Both the position numbers and the translations under genes were made by a program. The notes beneath the pieces were generated by a model. It was given only the letters and a program-made list of their open reading frames with translations, was not told where the DNA came from and ran no database searches. Source: Candidatus Binatia bacterium (GTDB lineage: Bacteria; Vulcanimicrobiota; Vulcanimicrobiia; Vulcanimicrobiales; Vulcanimicrobiaceae). From it: a stretch of 64,000 bases of DNA. The stretch is from positions 59,043 to 123,042 of the forward strand of contig DATKMJ010000018.1 in NCBI GenBank assembly GCA_035541935.1. The letters are read 5' to 3'. This document shows, piece by piece, positions 1 through 9,355 of this stretch (position 1 is its first letter; each line of letters starts with the position of its first letter).

Positions 1-587
1 ATCGTAACGACGATCGGACGATCGATCGAGAGCACGGAATCTTGCGAAGAGACGTTTGCCGGACGTACGGGCGCCGCGGCACCGTTGGTCGTCAGCGATT
101 GCGCCTGCGCGCTCGTCGGCGTGATCCACGTCACCGCGGGATCGCCCCAAGCGCCGAGTTGCGCGGGAAGCGCGAAGAGGCCGGCGAGCAGTCCCGGCTC
201 GATGACGACGAAGTGCCGCGTGTTCGCGCCGAGCGTCACCTGCTGCGGCGCGCCGGTCAGCGCGCCCGCGACGGTCGCCGACGTAGACGAGAGCGTCACG
301 TTAACCGTCAGGTTCTGGCCGGGCGTCGCGTAATTGCCGTCGTAGCTCGTCGGCGAGAGATCGGGGCCGAGCCCGAGCGTCGCCTTCGCGGAGAGCTGCA
401 TCCCCATGACCGACGCGTGCGAATCCTCGTCGATCTTCGTCGTCGCGGCGTCGCGCGAAACGTTGACCGCCCAGGCCCCGATCTTCTGCCCGCCCATCGC
501 GGCGGTGTATCGGTAAGTCCCGGGCGGGGGAAAGCTCGCGCTCGCGAGCGCCGCCAGTACGGCGGTCGCGAGGAGCGTGGTCGTCAC
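1..587 (-). CDS. secreted hypothetical protein (N-terminal part only; gene runs off the window start)
   Basis: My own translation of the minus frame from GTG 587..585 reads MTTTLLATAVLAALASASFPPPGTYRYTAAMGGQKIGAWAVNVSRD... with no stop down to base 1. The N-terminus looks like a signal peptide. The GTG overlaps the phoU stop (GTGA). The ORF is missing from the ORF track because it is open-ended. Confidence 0.45.
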   Translation of the reverse strand, partial: MTTTLLATAVLAALASASFPPPGTYRYTAAMGGQKIGAWAVNVSRDAATTKIDEDSHASVMGMQLSAKATLGLGPDLSPTSYDGNYATPGQNLTVNVTLSSTSATVAGALTGAPQQVTLGANTRHFVVIEPGLLAGLFALPAQLGAWGDPAVTWITPTSAQAQSLTTNGAAAPVRPANVSSQDSVLSIDRPIVVT

Positions 588-1228
588 TCTGCGCCGATCA
601 TGTCCTTCGTGTGCCAGGCGATGTTGCCGGCACGGTCGCCGACGCGCTCGAGCGAGGCCAGGACGAAGAGATAGCGCGTTCCGGGCCGGACGATCTCGGG
701 ATCGGTTCGCATCTCCTCTTGCAGCAGTTTGATGCTCCGCTTGTAGAGCTTGTCCACCTCGTCGTCGCGGTCGATCACGTCGCTCGCGAGGTTCGCGTCG
801 CGCTCCGTGTAGGCACGCATCGCGTCGAGCAGCATCGAGTGGGCGACGCTTGCGATGCGGTCGATCTCGACTCGCTGCGGGCGCATCGGCTGATCGGAGA
901 GCTTGATCGCGTTCTTCGAGATGTCCACGGCGTAGTCGCCGACGCGTTCGAGGTCGGTCGCGATCTCCAGCATCGCGGCGATCTCGCGCAATTCGCCGGC
1001 CACCGGCTGCTGGCGCCAGATCAGCTCGATGCAGTGCGCCTCGACGCTGCGCCGCAAGTCGTCGACCGTGTCGTCGCCCGCCACGACGCGCGCGCCGGCC
1101 GACGCATCGCGACTGTTGAGCGCATCGACCGCGACGCGAATCGCGTCGCCGACGAGCGCGCCCAGCCGTACGACGTCGAGCCGCGTCGCTTCCAGTGCTT
1201 CATGATATGCCGTCCGTACTGCCACCAC
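584..1228 (-). CDS. phoU: phosphate signalling/transport regulator PhoU
   Basis: 214-aa ORF with two PhoU repeats (LERVGDYAVDI and LERVGDRAGNI motifs). Confidence 0.9.
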   Translation of the reverse strand: MVAVRTAYHEALEATRLDVVRLGALVGDAIRVAVDALNSRDASAGARVVAGDDTVDDLRRSVEAHCIELIWRQQPVAGELREIAAMLEIATDLERVGDYAVDISKNAIKLSDQPMRPQRVEIDRIASVAHSMLLDAMRAYTERDANLASDVIDRDDEVDKLYKRSIKLLQEEMRTDPEIVRPGTRYLFVLASLERVGDRAGNIAWHTKDMIGAE

Positions 1229-1317
1229 CGCCTCCCGCGCTAGTATAGGTCAAAGGGCACTTCCCCGCAACGGAACGAAGGAACCTTCAGCCTTCACCTA
1301 ACCATAAGGTTCTCTAT

Positions 1318-2103
1318 ATGCCGTTTGAAGATATCCTGGTCGTCGTCGACGAGCCGCTCGCCATCATCACGTTCAACCGGCCGAACGTGCTCAACGCTCT
1401 GCGCACCACGCTCCTTGCGGAACTCTCGGTTGCGCTGGCCGAGATGGATCGCGATCCCCGCGTCCGTTCCATCATTATAACGGGCGCCGGCGAGAAAGCG
1501 TTCGCTGCGGGCGCCGACATCGGCGAGCTCAACGCGCTCGCCAGCGCGGGTTCGGGTGCGGCGCAGTCGCGCAGCGGACAGGCCCTCACCCGACAGATCG
1601 AGCGCTTGAGCAAGCCGGTGATCATGGCAATTAACGGCTTCGCGCTCGGCGGCGGATGCGAGATCGCGATGGCCGGCGACATCCTCATCGCGAGCGAGAA
1701 CGCGAAGTTCGGTCAGCCTGAGGTGAACCTCGGCCTGATCCCCGGCTACGGCGGAACCGCCCGAACGACGCGGCTCGTCGGCAAGGGCATGGCGAGCTAT
1801 CTCTGCCTGACCGGCGAGATCATCGACGCGCGCGAAGCGCTGCGCATCGGCCTCGTCCAAAAGGTCGTGCCCGCAGCCGAGCTCCTCGACGAAGCGCGAC
1901 GCATCGGGTCGGTCATCGCATCGAAGGCGCCGCTCGCGGTTGCGGCCTGCAAGCGCACGATTAACAACGGCGGGCATCTCTCGATTGACGACGCGCTCGA
2001 GCTCGAAGCGCTCGAGTTTGGAACGCTCGTGGATACCGACGACATCAGGGAAGGCACCGGCGCGTTCTTGGAAAAGCGCAAGCCCGTCTGGAAGGGCAAA
2101 TAA
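1318..2103 (+). CDS. enoyl-CoA hydratase/isomerase (crotonase family)
   Basis: 261 aa with crotonase motifs ITGAGEKAFAAGADI and GGGCEIAMAGD. Confidence 0.9.
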   Translation: MPFEDILVVVDEPLAIITFNRPNVLNALRTTLLAELSVALAEMDRDPRVRSIIITGAGEKAFAAGADIGELNALASAGSGAAQSRSGQALTRQIERLSKPVIMAINGFALGGGCEIAMAGDILIASENAKFGQPEVNLGLIPGYGGTARTTRLVGKGMASYLCLTGEIIDAREALRIGLVQKVVPAAELLDEARRIGSVIASKAPLAVAACKRTINNGGHLSIDDALELEALEFGTLVDTDDIREGTGAFLEKRKPVWKGK

Positions 2104-2107
2104 CCGC

Positions 2108-2632
2108 TTAGAGCCGCTGCTGGGCGTTGCTCATCGCGAGCGCGATCGCCGGATTGAGCCCCTCCCAGCGCGCGCGCACGTGTCCGGTCGAGTCGATGAC
2201 GACCAGCGTCGGGAAACCCTCGACCGCGAACAGCGCTCGAGCGGTGCTCGATGGATCGAGCGCCACGTTCTGCAGCGAGTAGCGGCGCGCGAACGCCGCC
2301 GCGACGGTCCGCTGCTCGCCGACGTCCACCGGAACGACGATTGAGCCGGGGTGCGCGCGCGACCACGACTCCACGAGCGGCAGCTCGAGCTTACACGGCA
2401 CGCACCAGCTCGCGAAAAAGTCGAGAAAGACGACGTGTCCCCGATGCTGCGCGACGCCGAACGAACCGCCGTCGAGCCGTTCGTAGACCGCGTGCGGCGC
2501 GGGATAGCCGGGCGAATCGAAGGAGCGCGGCGCGACGAAGATCTTCCAAAGCGCGAACGCGATCGCGGCGACCGCGGCCGCGTCCCAGATCCTACTCCGC
2601 GCGAAAGACTGCCGCGATGCCTTGTCCGCCAC
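2108..2632 (-). CDS. TlpA-like thiol:disulfide oxidoreductase (membrane-anchored thioredoxin fold)
   Basis: WCVPC (CxxC) motif follows a hydrophobic anchor (AAAVAAIAFALWKIFV). I set the start at in-frame GTG 2632. The ORF-track start at 2773 would overlap the thiolase by about 180 nt. Confidence 0.7.
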   Translation of the reverse strand: MADKASRQSFARSRIWDAAAVAAIAFALWKIFVAPRSFDSPGYPAPHAVYERLDGGSFGVAQHRGHVVFLDFFASWCVPCKLELPLVESWSRAHPGSIVVPVDVGEQRTVAAAFARRYSLQNVALDPSSTARALFAVEGFPTLVVIDSTGHVRARWEGLNPAIALAMSNAQQRL

Positions 2633-3794
2633 CGATGCATGCCGACGCGACGCCGTAGCCGCCGCCGCGCTCGCGCAGTTCGTGGAGCGCCGTGATCGCG
2701 AGCCGCGCTCCCGAAGCGCCGAGAGGATGGCCGAGCGCGATCGCGCCGCCATGCGGATTGAGCCGCTCGCCATCGGCCTTCATCTCGCGCAGACAGGCGA
2801 TGACCTGCGGCGCGAAGGCTTCGTTGATCTCGAGCACCGCGAGGTCTTTGAGCCCGATCCCGGCGCTCTGCAGCGCGCCCGGAATCGAGAACGCCGGGCC
2901 GATGCCCATGATCGCGGGATCGACGCCGACGACGCTCGCGGAGACGAGCCGTCCGAGCCACGGCAGCCCGTCGGCCTCCGCCCGTTCGCGCGTCGTCAGC
3001 ACGACGGCGGCCGCGCCGTCGGTGATGCCGCTCGCGTTGCCGGGCGTCACGACGCCGTCCTTGACGAAACGCGCCGGGAGCTTGCCGAGCTTCTCCATCG
3101 AGAGTCCCTGGCGCGGACCTTCGTCCTTTTCGACGCGCACGGTCGTGCCTTTCGGCCCCGGAACGTCGACGGCAACGATCTCTTCGGCGAAATAACCGCT
3201 GCTCTGTCCGGCGAGCGCGCGCTCTTGGCTCGCCAATGCGAACTCGTCGGACTCAGAACGCGAGACGCCGTACTTCTTCGCGAGATTCTCCGCGGTGATC
3301 GCCATCGGGGTATTCCCGTACGAATCGATCAGCGCCGTCCAGAGCGAATCTTCGAACGCGACGTTCTGACCGAGATGAAAGCCCTTGCGCGCGCCGCGAA
3401 CGACGTGCGGCGCCTGGCTCATGTTCTCCGCCCCGCCTGCGAGCGCGTAGTGCGCGCTTCCCAAGGCGAGCGATTGCGCCGCGGAGAGAATCGCCTGCAG
3501 GCCCGAGCCGCAGAGCCGGTTGACGGTGAGCGCCGGCACGCCGACCGGCAGCCCGGCGCGCAGCCCGACGTGACGAGCCAAATAGATCGCGTCGGCGCTC
3601 GATTGAATCACGTTGCCGAAGACGACCTCGTCGATGGCGTCCGGCCGCACTCCGCTGCGCTCGATCGCCGCCTCGGACGCCGCAACGGCGAGATCCGTCG
3701 CGGTCAGATCGGAGAGCGCCCCGCCGAGATTCCCAAACGGGGTTCGGGCTCCCGCGAGTATGACGATCTCGGTCTTATTGAATGCGATGCTCAT
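2592..3794 (-). CDS. acetyl-CoA acetyltransferase (thiolase II)
   Basis: Start moved to MSIAFNKTEIVILAGARTPFG. Active-site region NRLCGSGLQA and C-terminal CIGGGQGIA are present. Confidence 0.93.
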   Translation of the reverse strand: MSIAFNKTEIVILAGARTPFGNLGGALSDLTATDLAVAASEAAIERSGVRPDAIDEVVFGNVIQSSADAIYLARHVGLRAGLPVGVPALTVNRLCGSGLQAILSAAQSLALGSAHYALAGGAENMSQAPHVVRGARKGFHLGQNVAFEDSLWTALIDSYGNTPMAITAENLAKKYGVSRSESDEFALASQERALAGQSSGYFAEEIVAVDVPGPKGTTVRVEKDEGPRQGLSMEKLGKLPARFVKDGVVTPGNASGITDGAAAVVLTTRERAEADGLPWLGRLVSASVVGVDPAIMGIGPAFSIPGALQSAGIGLKDLAVLEINEAFAPQVIACLREMKADGERLNPHGGAIALGHPLGASGARLAITALHELRERGGGYGVASACIGGGQGIAAVFRAE

Positions 3795-3871
3795 AGGACG
3801 CCGAGTATTCCTCGCGCGCGCAGGCGCGTCCCGGCAGGCGCGTCGCCCGGCCATCCCTAAGTCCGCCGCGT

Positions 3872-4819
3872 ATGCCGATCAGCCGACCCGCCGCCGTCAC
3901 GCTCGACGCCAGGTCACTTGCGCCCGCCTCGAGGAGCGAGACGATCGTCGACGCGTTCGACAAGCTGCAGATCGGCGGCGTGCTCGAGATCACCGAGGAG
4001 ACCGATCCGCGCGCCCTGCGCAACGAGATGGCGCAGCTGCGCCCCGGGCGTTTCTCCTGGGACGCCCGCAATCTCGGCAGCAACCGCTGGACGATACGCC
4101 TCGAGCGCATCGACGAGAACGCGAGCGGCGAGGTCTTTCTCACGCACGTCGCCGCATTCACCTCGGCGAAGGCGAGCACGGTCAAAGAACTCGCGTCGCA
4201 GATGAGCGAACGCAGTTACCGGGCCGGCGAGACGATCTTCGACGAGGGCGAGGCCTGGCCGTATCTCGGGATCGTCAAGAGCGGCAAAATTATCTACACG
4301 CTGCTCTCGCCCGACGGTAAGACGCACACGATCGGCGAGCGCTTGACCCACGACACGCTCAACGAGAGCGGAACGTTCGATAGCGGCGGCGCGACGACGC
4401 GCGCCGAGGCGCTGACCGACGCGACGATCGTCACGCTGCCGAGCGAGGCGCTCATTCACGCGGCGCGGAACGACGCCGAACTCGCGCTCGGCTTTCTCAT
4501 CGCCTCGTCGCAGGCTCGCCGGCGCTCGATCGACACGATCGCGGATCTCGCGTTCGCGCACGTGCTCCAGCGCGTCGCGAAGTTCTTGCTCGGCTACGCG
4601 CGCGCATCGGTCGGCATGGCGCGCGGCCTTCCCGGCGTCGAGAATCTCTCGCAGGCGCAGATCGCTGCGGCGGCCGGCACCGTGCGCGACATGGCGGCGC
4701 GTGCGCTGCTGCGGCTCAAAAATGCCGGCGCGCTCGAACTCGACCGCGGCCGCGTCAAGGCAATAGACCGCGCGAGGTTGGCGGCCTTCGCCCACAACGT
4801 CCAGGCCCCGCCGGTTTAG
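3872..4819 (+). CDS. DUF2249-like N-terminal domain fused to a Crp/Fnr-type regulator (cNMP-binding domain plus HTH)
   Basis: The N-terminal ~85 aa (IVDAFDKLQIGGVLEITEETDPRALRNEM...RWTIRLERI) resemble DUF2249. They are followed by a cNMP-binding-like beta-roll and a C-terminal Crp HTH (SQAQIAAAAGTVRDMAARALLRLKNAG). Confidence 0.7.
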   Translation: MPISRPAAVTLDARSLAPASRSETIVDAFDKLQIGGVLEITEETDPRALRNEMAQLRPGRFSWDARNLGSNRWTIRLERIDENASGEVFLTHVAAFTSAKASTVKELASQMSERSYRAGETIFDEGEAWPYLGIVKSGKIIYTLLSPDGKTHTIGERLTHDTLNESGTFDSGGATTRAEALTDATIVTLPSEALIHAARNDAELALGFLIASSQARRRSIDTIADLAFAHVLQRVAKFLLGYARASVGMARGLPGVENLSQAQIAAAAGTVRDMAARALLRLKNAGALELDRGRVKAIDRARLAAFAHNVQAPPV

Positions 4820-4828
4820 CGCGTTCCG

Positions 4829-5245
4829 CTAAATTCGGTAAACGGAGGCGCCGGCGTTTGGATCGACGAGGGCCGAATGTATGCGCGGTCCGCTGCACAT
4901 GATCGAATCGCGTCCGATCTCGATCTTCATCCGCGCGACCTCGCCGCCCATCACGTCGTCGACGGCGCAGCCCTCGACCTTGCCGGGAACGCGCGCCATG
5001 ATGACGTAGCGACCCGGATCGAGCGTCACGTCGCTGAAGAACCCGCGTGCGTTGGTCTGCAGCGTCATGATCTGATTCTGCGCGTTCTCGACGTACGGCG
5101 CGCGGTAGTAATAGAGGGTCACGTGCGCCATCGGCTGACCCGTCCTCACGTCGACGACGGTTCCGGAGATGCCGCCCTTATCGTCGGCCCGGGCGGCCGT
5201 CGCGACGCAGACGGCCAGCGCGAGCGCGATTGCCAAATGCTTCAT
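4829..5245 (-). CDS. secreted carboxypeptidase-regulatory-like (Ig-like beta-sandwich) protein
   Basis: Start moved to MKHLAIALALAVCVATAARA (signal peptide). GISGTVVDVRTGQPMAHVTL is typical of the CarboxypepD_reg fold. Confidence 0.6.
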   Translation of the reverse strand: MKHLAIALALAVCVATAARADDKGGISGTVVDVRTGQPMAHVTLYYYRAPYVENAQNQIMTLQTNARGFFSDVTLDPGRYVIMARVPGKVEGCAVDDVMGGEVARMKIEIGRDSIMCSGPRIHSALVDPNAGASVYRI

Positions 5246-5273
5246 GCCGAATCTATTCCCGCCGAGAGCGGCT

Positions 5274-5822
5274 TTAGACGGATTCGAGCGCCGCTGTCTC
5301 CTCGGTCGCCGCGGCCTGCAAATCGAAGGCCGCCCGCTTGCTCTTCGCAGCCGCGTCGGCGAGCGGTTGATCGGGAGTCGGGCGAGGACGGTCGAGCAGC
5401 TCGCGTCCCTTGCGAACCGCGCCGATCGCGCCGGAGAGCCTGATCTCCATCTCGGAGAGAACGTCGGCAGCGTAGCGGTCGGCGCCCTCGCGCACCGCGC
5501 GCGCGCGCTCCTCGGCTTCGCGCAACACGATCTCGGCGGTCGTTCGCGCCCGCTGCACGATCTCGTTGTCGTCCACGAGCTCTTCGTGCTTCGTCGCGGC
5601 TTCGTCGACGATCGCTTGCGCTTTCTCCTGCGCCGCACGCATCACGCGCTCCTGATCGCGGGCGATCACTTTTGCGCGACCTACTTCCTCGGGCAGCTGC
5701 GCGCGAATCTTTTCGAGCAACTCGAGCAATCGCTCCTCGGAGAGGATGCGATATCCGGCGGGGAGCCACGTTCCCTCATGAACGTAGGCCTCGAGTTTGT
5801 CCAGCACGCGATAGACCGACAT
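5274..5822 (-). CDS. coiled-coil protein (ATP synthase subunit b/E-like), downstream of coaD
   Basis: 182 aa, Ala/Glu/Arg-rich and predicted helical. Its start lies 3 nt after the coaD stop. Confidence 0.55.
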   Translation of the reverse strand: MSVYRVLDKLEAYVHEGTWLPAGYRILSEERLLELLEKIRAQLPEEVGRAKVIARDQERVMRAAQEKAQAIVDEAATKHEELVDDNEIVQRARTTAEIVLREAEERARAVREGADRYAADVLSEMEIRLSGAIGAVRKGRELLDRPRPTPDQPLADAAAKSKRAAFDLQAAATEETAALESV

Positions 5823-5824
5823 TG

Positions 5825-6322
5825 CTACCTCCGTTGCAAGTGAGTGCGTTTCTCCGACATCAGGCGGAGCACCGGTTCGGGAACGAGCGCGGCGACGTCG
5901 CCGCCGAGAAAGAAGACCTCTTTGACCAGGCTCGAGCTAACGAACGAATATTTTTGGTCGGACATCAGGAAGAGCGTATCCACGTCCGAGAGAGACCGGT
6001 TCATCAAAGCCGCCGACATCTCGCTCTCGAAGTCCGAGACGACCCGCAGACCCTTGACGATCACGTCGGCGCGCGCCGAGCGCACGTAGTCGGCGAGCAG
6101 GCCTCGGAAGTGCTCGACCGTCACGTTGGGCAGCCGCGCGGTGCTCGCTTTGAGCATCTCCTCTCGCTCCTCCAACGAAAACATCGGCGCGCGCTTCTGC
6201 GGATTGACGACGATCGCGACGCGCAACTCGCCGAAGACGCCCGACGCGCGCTCGATGACGTCGAGATGCCCGTTGGTCGGCGGATCGAAGGAGCCCGGAT
6301 AGACCGCGCGCGTCACGCGCAT
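5825..6322 (-). CDS. coaD: phosphopantetheine adenylyltransferase
   Basis: AVYPGSFDPPTNGHLDV motif. ATG 6322 preferred; an alternative TTG at 6340 overlaps the rsmD stop. Confidence 0.92.
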   Translation of the reverse strand: MRVTRAVYPGSFDPPTNGHLDVIERASGVFGELRVAIVVNPQKRAPMFSLEEREEMLKASTARLPNVTVEHFRGLLADYVRSARADVIVKGLRVVSDFESEMSAALMNRSLSDVDTLFLMSDQKYSFVSSSLVKEVFFLGGDVAALVPEPVLRLMSEKRTHLQRR

Positions 6323-6336
6323 CAGCTTACCGTTGG

Positions 6337-6882
6337 TCAAGGTTCCGCCTCGAGGAAGGCGAGAGCGACATCGCCGTAGACTTCTTCGCGCACCGAGCGA
6401 TACCCGGGTATCTCGGGCAGGATCCGCTTGGCGGCGTGCTCGTAGACGACGAGCGCGTCGGGCGCAAGTAAATTGCGCTCGCGCATCAGGCGCAAGAGCT
6501 GCAGCGGCACGGGATCCGCATACGGCGGGTCGAGATACACGATGTCGAACGGCCCTTCCAAGCGGTAGAGCGCGCGCTCCGCCGGCGCCGGGAAGACCGT
6601 CACGACGTCCTCGATGCCGAGCGTCTTTGCCTCTTCCTCGATAACCTGCGCGATCTCGCGCCGGCCCTCGACCGAAACGACCCGCGCCGCGCCGCGCGAC
6701 GCCGCCTCGAACCCGATCGCGCCGGTTCCGGCGAAGAGATCGAGCACGCGCGCGCCCTCGAGGCGATGCATCAGAATCGAGAAGAGCGACTCCTTGACGC
6801 GCCCGGGCGTCGGACGCACCTGCGAGCCCTTCGGCGAGCGCAGCTTTCTGCTCCCCAGCGATCCGCCGGTGATCCGCGGCAT
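6337..6882 (-). CDS. rsmD: 16S rRNA (guanine966-N2)-methyltransferase
   Basis: Start moved to MPRITGGSLGSRKL. SAM motif LDLFAGTGAIGFEAASRGA and DPPY are present. Confidence 0.88.
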   Translation of the reverse strand: MPRITGGSLGSRKLRSPKGSQVRPTPGRVKESLFSILMHRLEGARVLDLFAGTGAIGFEAASRGAARVVSVEGRREIAQVIEEEAKTLGIEDVVTVFPAPAERALYRLEGPFDIVYLDPPYADPVPLQLLRLMRERNLLAPDALVVYEHAAKRILPEIPGYRSVREEVYGDVALAFLEAEP

Positions 6883-6889
6883 CCTTGCG

Positions 6890-8620
6890 TTAGAACTCCG
6901 TCGGCGCGATCGGAAGCAGCGCCGGACGCAGCCACGTGTCGTCGCCGAGCCACTCGTAACGGATCGTCGAATACGGAACCGTTCCGTAGGAGAGCAGCTG
7001 GTCGTGGAAGCGGCGCAGCTCAAAGGCGCTCCCCTCGCGATCCTGCACCAGTCCGATCAGCGTCTGGATCTGCGTCTTGCCGACGAGATAGTCGATCGCT
7101 TGACCGGGATCCATCGCAAAGCGCGTCGCTTCGCCGCGCGCGGTGTCGTAATCGATGCCGGCGTTCTTCTGAAAGTACGCGATCGCTTGCGGCAGCGTCA
7201 TCGTCCCGGTCGCGAGGCCGACGTCCACGCCGATCCGCGTCGCGCGATGGCGCATCAGATGGAGTACCTGCAGCCGCGCTCCCGGGTCGTCGTCGTAGAG
7301 GCCTTCGCGCATGAGCATCTCCTCGCCGTAGAACGCCCAGCCTTCGGCGAAGACGCCGTCGCCCTGCACGTGGCGCACGAAATCCGGATTGTGGTACGCC
7401 TCGGAGAACTGGAGGAAGTGCCCGGGGATCCCTTCGTGGCCGAGCAGCGGCAGCACCGACTGACGAGCCTGCTGCACGAAGAAGCTTTGATTGCTCGGAC
7501 TGAAATCCGGCACGAAATAGAAGCCCTGCGGATCGTCGGAGAACATCGGCGGCGGGTTCATGAATCCGCCCGGATACGTCGCGGCGAGCGCCTTCGGCAC
7601 CTCGACGATGTGAAACGGGCCGATATACGACGGAATATCGAGGATCGCGTGCGAGTCTATGAACGCTTTGATCTTTGCGAGGCTGCGCTCGTAGTAGGCT
7701 AAGAACTCCTCTTTCGTCCCGAAGGTCGGAGCCGGCGACGGCGTCGGCTCGTGCGCGTCGCGGCCCGTCTCCCAGACCTGGAGCGCGCGATCGCGCGCGA
7801 GTTCGTAACGCCCGATCGCCGCGACCTGTGCGGAGTCGTACGGAAGCATGAGCACGCGCCGCAGGAACCAATCGTACTGCCGGCGCCCGACCGCGAACCC
7901 GCCCGCGTGAAACGTCGTCATGTTGGCATCGAGCCACGCACGATAGCCGTGGAGCGCGCCGAGCGCAACCGACTGTGCCTGCGCGAGATCGTGCCGGGTC
8001 TGCGGCGAGGTGTCTTTCGCAATCTCGTCGAGCGTCGTCGTGTAGAGGGAGTCGCCGTCGCGAATATCGTCGGATGCGATCTGCGCGAACTCACGCACCG
8101 TCTCGGTCAGGTTCGCGCGTCCCTGTTCGAGCACGCGCGGACAGGCGCGCAGCCGCCCGATCGCCGAGCGTATCCGGACCTCGTCGCTTGCGTACTGCCG
8201 CTTGACGATCGAGAAGATGCCGTTGCTGCACTCGCCCTCGTAGAGGCTCGGATTGCGCCGGAGTCCGCGCAGGACCGTCCGCTGCCACCAATCGCTCTCC
8301 AGATTCGCCCGAATCAGCAGGTAGTCGACGCGCGCGTGGGCATCGGTTCCCGGCAGAGGCTGGAGCGCCGCTAGCTCGTTGCGATAGACGCGTAATTGCT
8401 TCATCTGCGCGGCCAGCGTCGCCGCCGAGTAGTCGGCGAGGAGCGCGTCGTACGTGTGGATGCCGGCATCGGTCGCCGACGCCGGCTCCTGCTGGAAGGA
8501 CCAATACGTGTAGCGGCGCTCGAGGTCGACGAGCTTCGCTTGATATGCGGACGGCTGCGGTGGCGGCGCGGCGGCAAGCAGCGCGCAGGCCGCGCCGAGT
8601 AAGACGACGATTTGCTTCAC
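6890..8620 (-). CDS. DUF885 family secreted protein
   Basis: 576 aa with a signal peptide (MKQIVVLLGAACALLAAA) and the DUF885-typical HEGIPGHFLQ region. The GTG start overlaps the HAD stop (GTGA). Confidence 0.8.
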   Translation of the reverse strand: MKQIVVLLGAACALLAAAPPPQPSAYQAKLVDLERRYTYWSFQQEPASATDAGIHTYDALLADYSAATLAAQMKQLRVYRNELAALQPLPGTDAHARVDYLLIRANLESDWWQRTVLRGLRRNPSLYEGECSNGIFSIVKRQYASDEVRIRSAIGRLRACPRVLEQGRANLTETVREFAQIASDDIRDGDSLYTTTLDEIAKDTSPQTRHDLAQAQSVALGALHGYRAWLDANMTTFHAGGFAVGRRQYDWFLRRVLMLPYDSAQVAAIGRYELARDRALQVWETGRDAHEPTPSPAPTFGTKEEFLAYYERSLAKIKAFIDSHAILDIPSYIGPFHIVEVPKALAATYPGGFMNPPPMFSDDPQGFYFVPDFSPSNQSFFVQQARQSVLPLLGHEGIPGHFLQFSEAYHNPDFVRHVQGDGVFAEGWAFYGEEMLMREGLYDDDPGARLQVLHLMRHRATRIGVDVGLATGTMTLPQAIAYFQKNAGIDYDTARGEATRFAMDPGQAIDYLVGKTQIQTLIGLVQDREGSAFELRRFHDQLLSYGTVPYSTIRYEWLGDDTWLRPALLPIAPTEF

Positions 8621-9315
8621 GTACGCGCTACCTCCGGAAGAAGCTCGATGAGGTCGTTAACGTTGTGGATCGTGTGACCGGGAGCCGCCACGCCGGCGGG
8701 ATACTCTTTGTGCTCCCAATTGAGCCAGACGGTCTGCATGCCGGCCTCGTGCGCTCCCGCAACGTCGCCATGCGGATCGTCGCCGACGTAGATGCTCTGT
8801 TCCGGTTCCGTTCCCAGCGCGCGCAGCAACGCCTCGAAGGCTCGCCGCGCCGGCTTCGGCTCGCCGATCTCGCTGCTCACCAAGACCGGACCGCGGAAAC
8901 CAGCCTGCTCCGCCTTGCGCAGCTGCAGCGGATTCCAGCCGTTGCTCAGCACGGCGACGACGATTCCTCGTTCGCGCAAAGCGTCGAGCGTCGCCTTGAC
9001 GCCGGGCAGCGCGACGACGAACTCGTCAACCATATCCACCGCCGCGTGACGAAACCCCGTGACGTGCCGCTCCGTCGGCTCCACCCCGTGCTCGGCAACG
9101 AAGCGGCGCACCGCCTCGTCCACCGGGAAAGCCCCGCTGCGTTGCCGCGCGAGCAGCGCATCGATCGAGCCGATCTCGTCGGCGAGCGTTCCCTGCGTTC
9201 GGCCGCCCTCGCCGAGAACCGCTTCCAACAGGCGCAAGAACGCGACCCGCTCGAGCCGGTTATCTATTGCGAGGGTGTGGTCGAGGTCGAAACCGACTCC
9301 ACGGACGGCGCGCAT
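8617..9315 (-). CDS. HAD-superfamily hydrolase
   Basis: Start moved to MRAVRGVGFDLDHTL (DxDxT motif). Also SNGWN and YVGDDPHGDV. Confidence 0.75.
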   Translation of the reverse strand: MRAVRGVGFDLDHTLAIDNRLERVAFLRLLEAVLGEGGRTQGTLADEIGSIDALLARQRSGAFPVDEAVRRFVAEHGVEPTERHVTGFRHAAVDMVDEFVVALPGVKATLDALRERGIVVAVLSNGWNPLQLRKAEQAGFRGPVLVSSEIGEPKPARRAFEALLRALGTEPEQSIYVGDDPHGDVAGAHEAGMQTVWLNWEHKEYPAGVAAPGHTIHNVNDLIELLPEVART

Positions 9316-9355
9316 CCCGGGCGCGTTCGACGCAGCGCGGGCTTCGCCCCTATGG

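Noticed and set aside
42-674. 210-aa plus-strand ORF at the window start
   Set aside because: It is extremely Arg-rich, as expected for an off-frame ORF in GC-rich DNA. It overlaps phoU and is antisense to a minus frame with a signal peptide and ordinary composition.
2622-3860. 412-aa plus-strand ORF
   Set aside because: It is antisense to the clearly recognisable thiolase gene. Its Arg/Asp/Glu-rich composition has no motifs.
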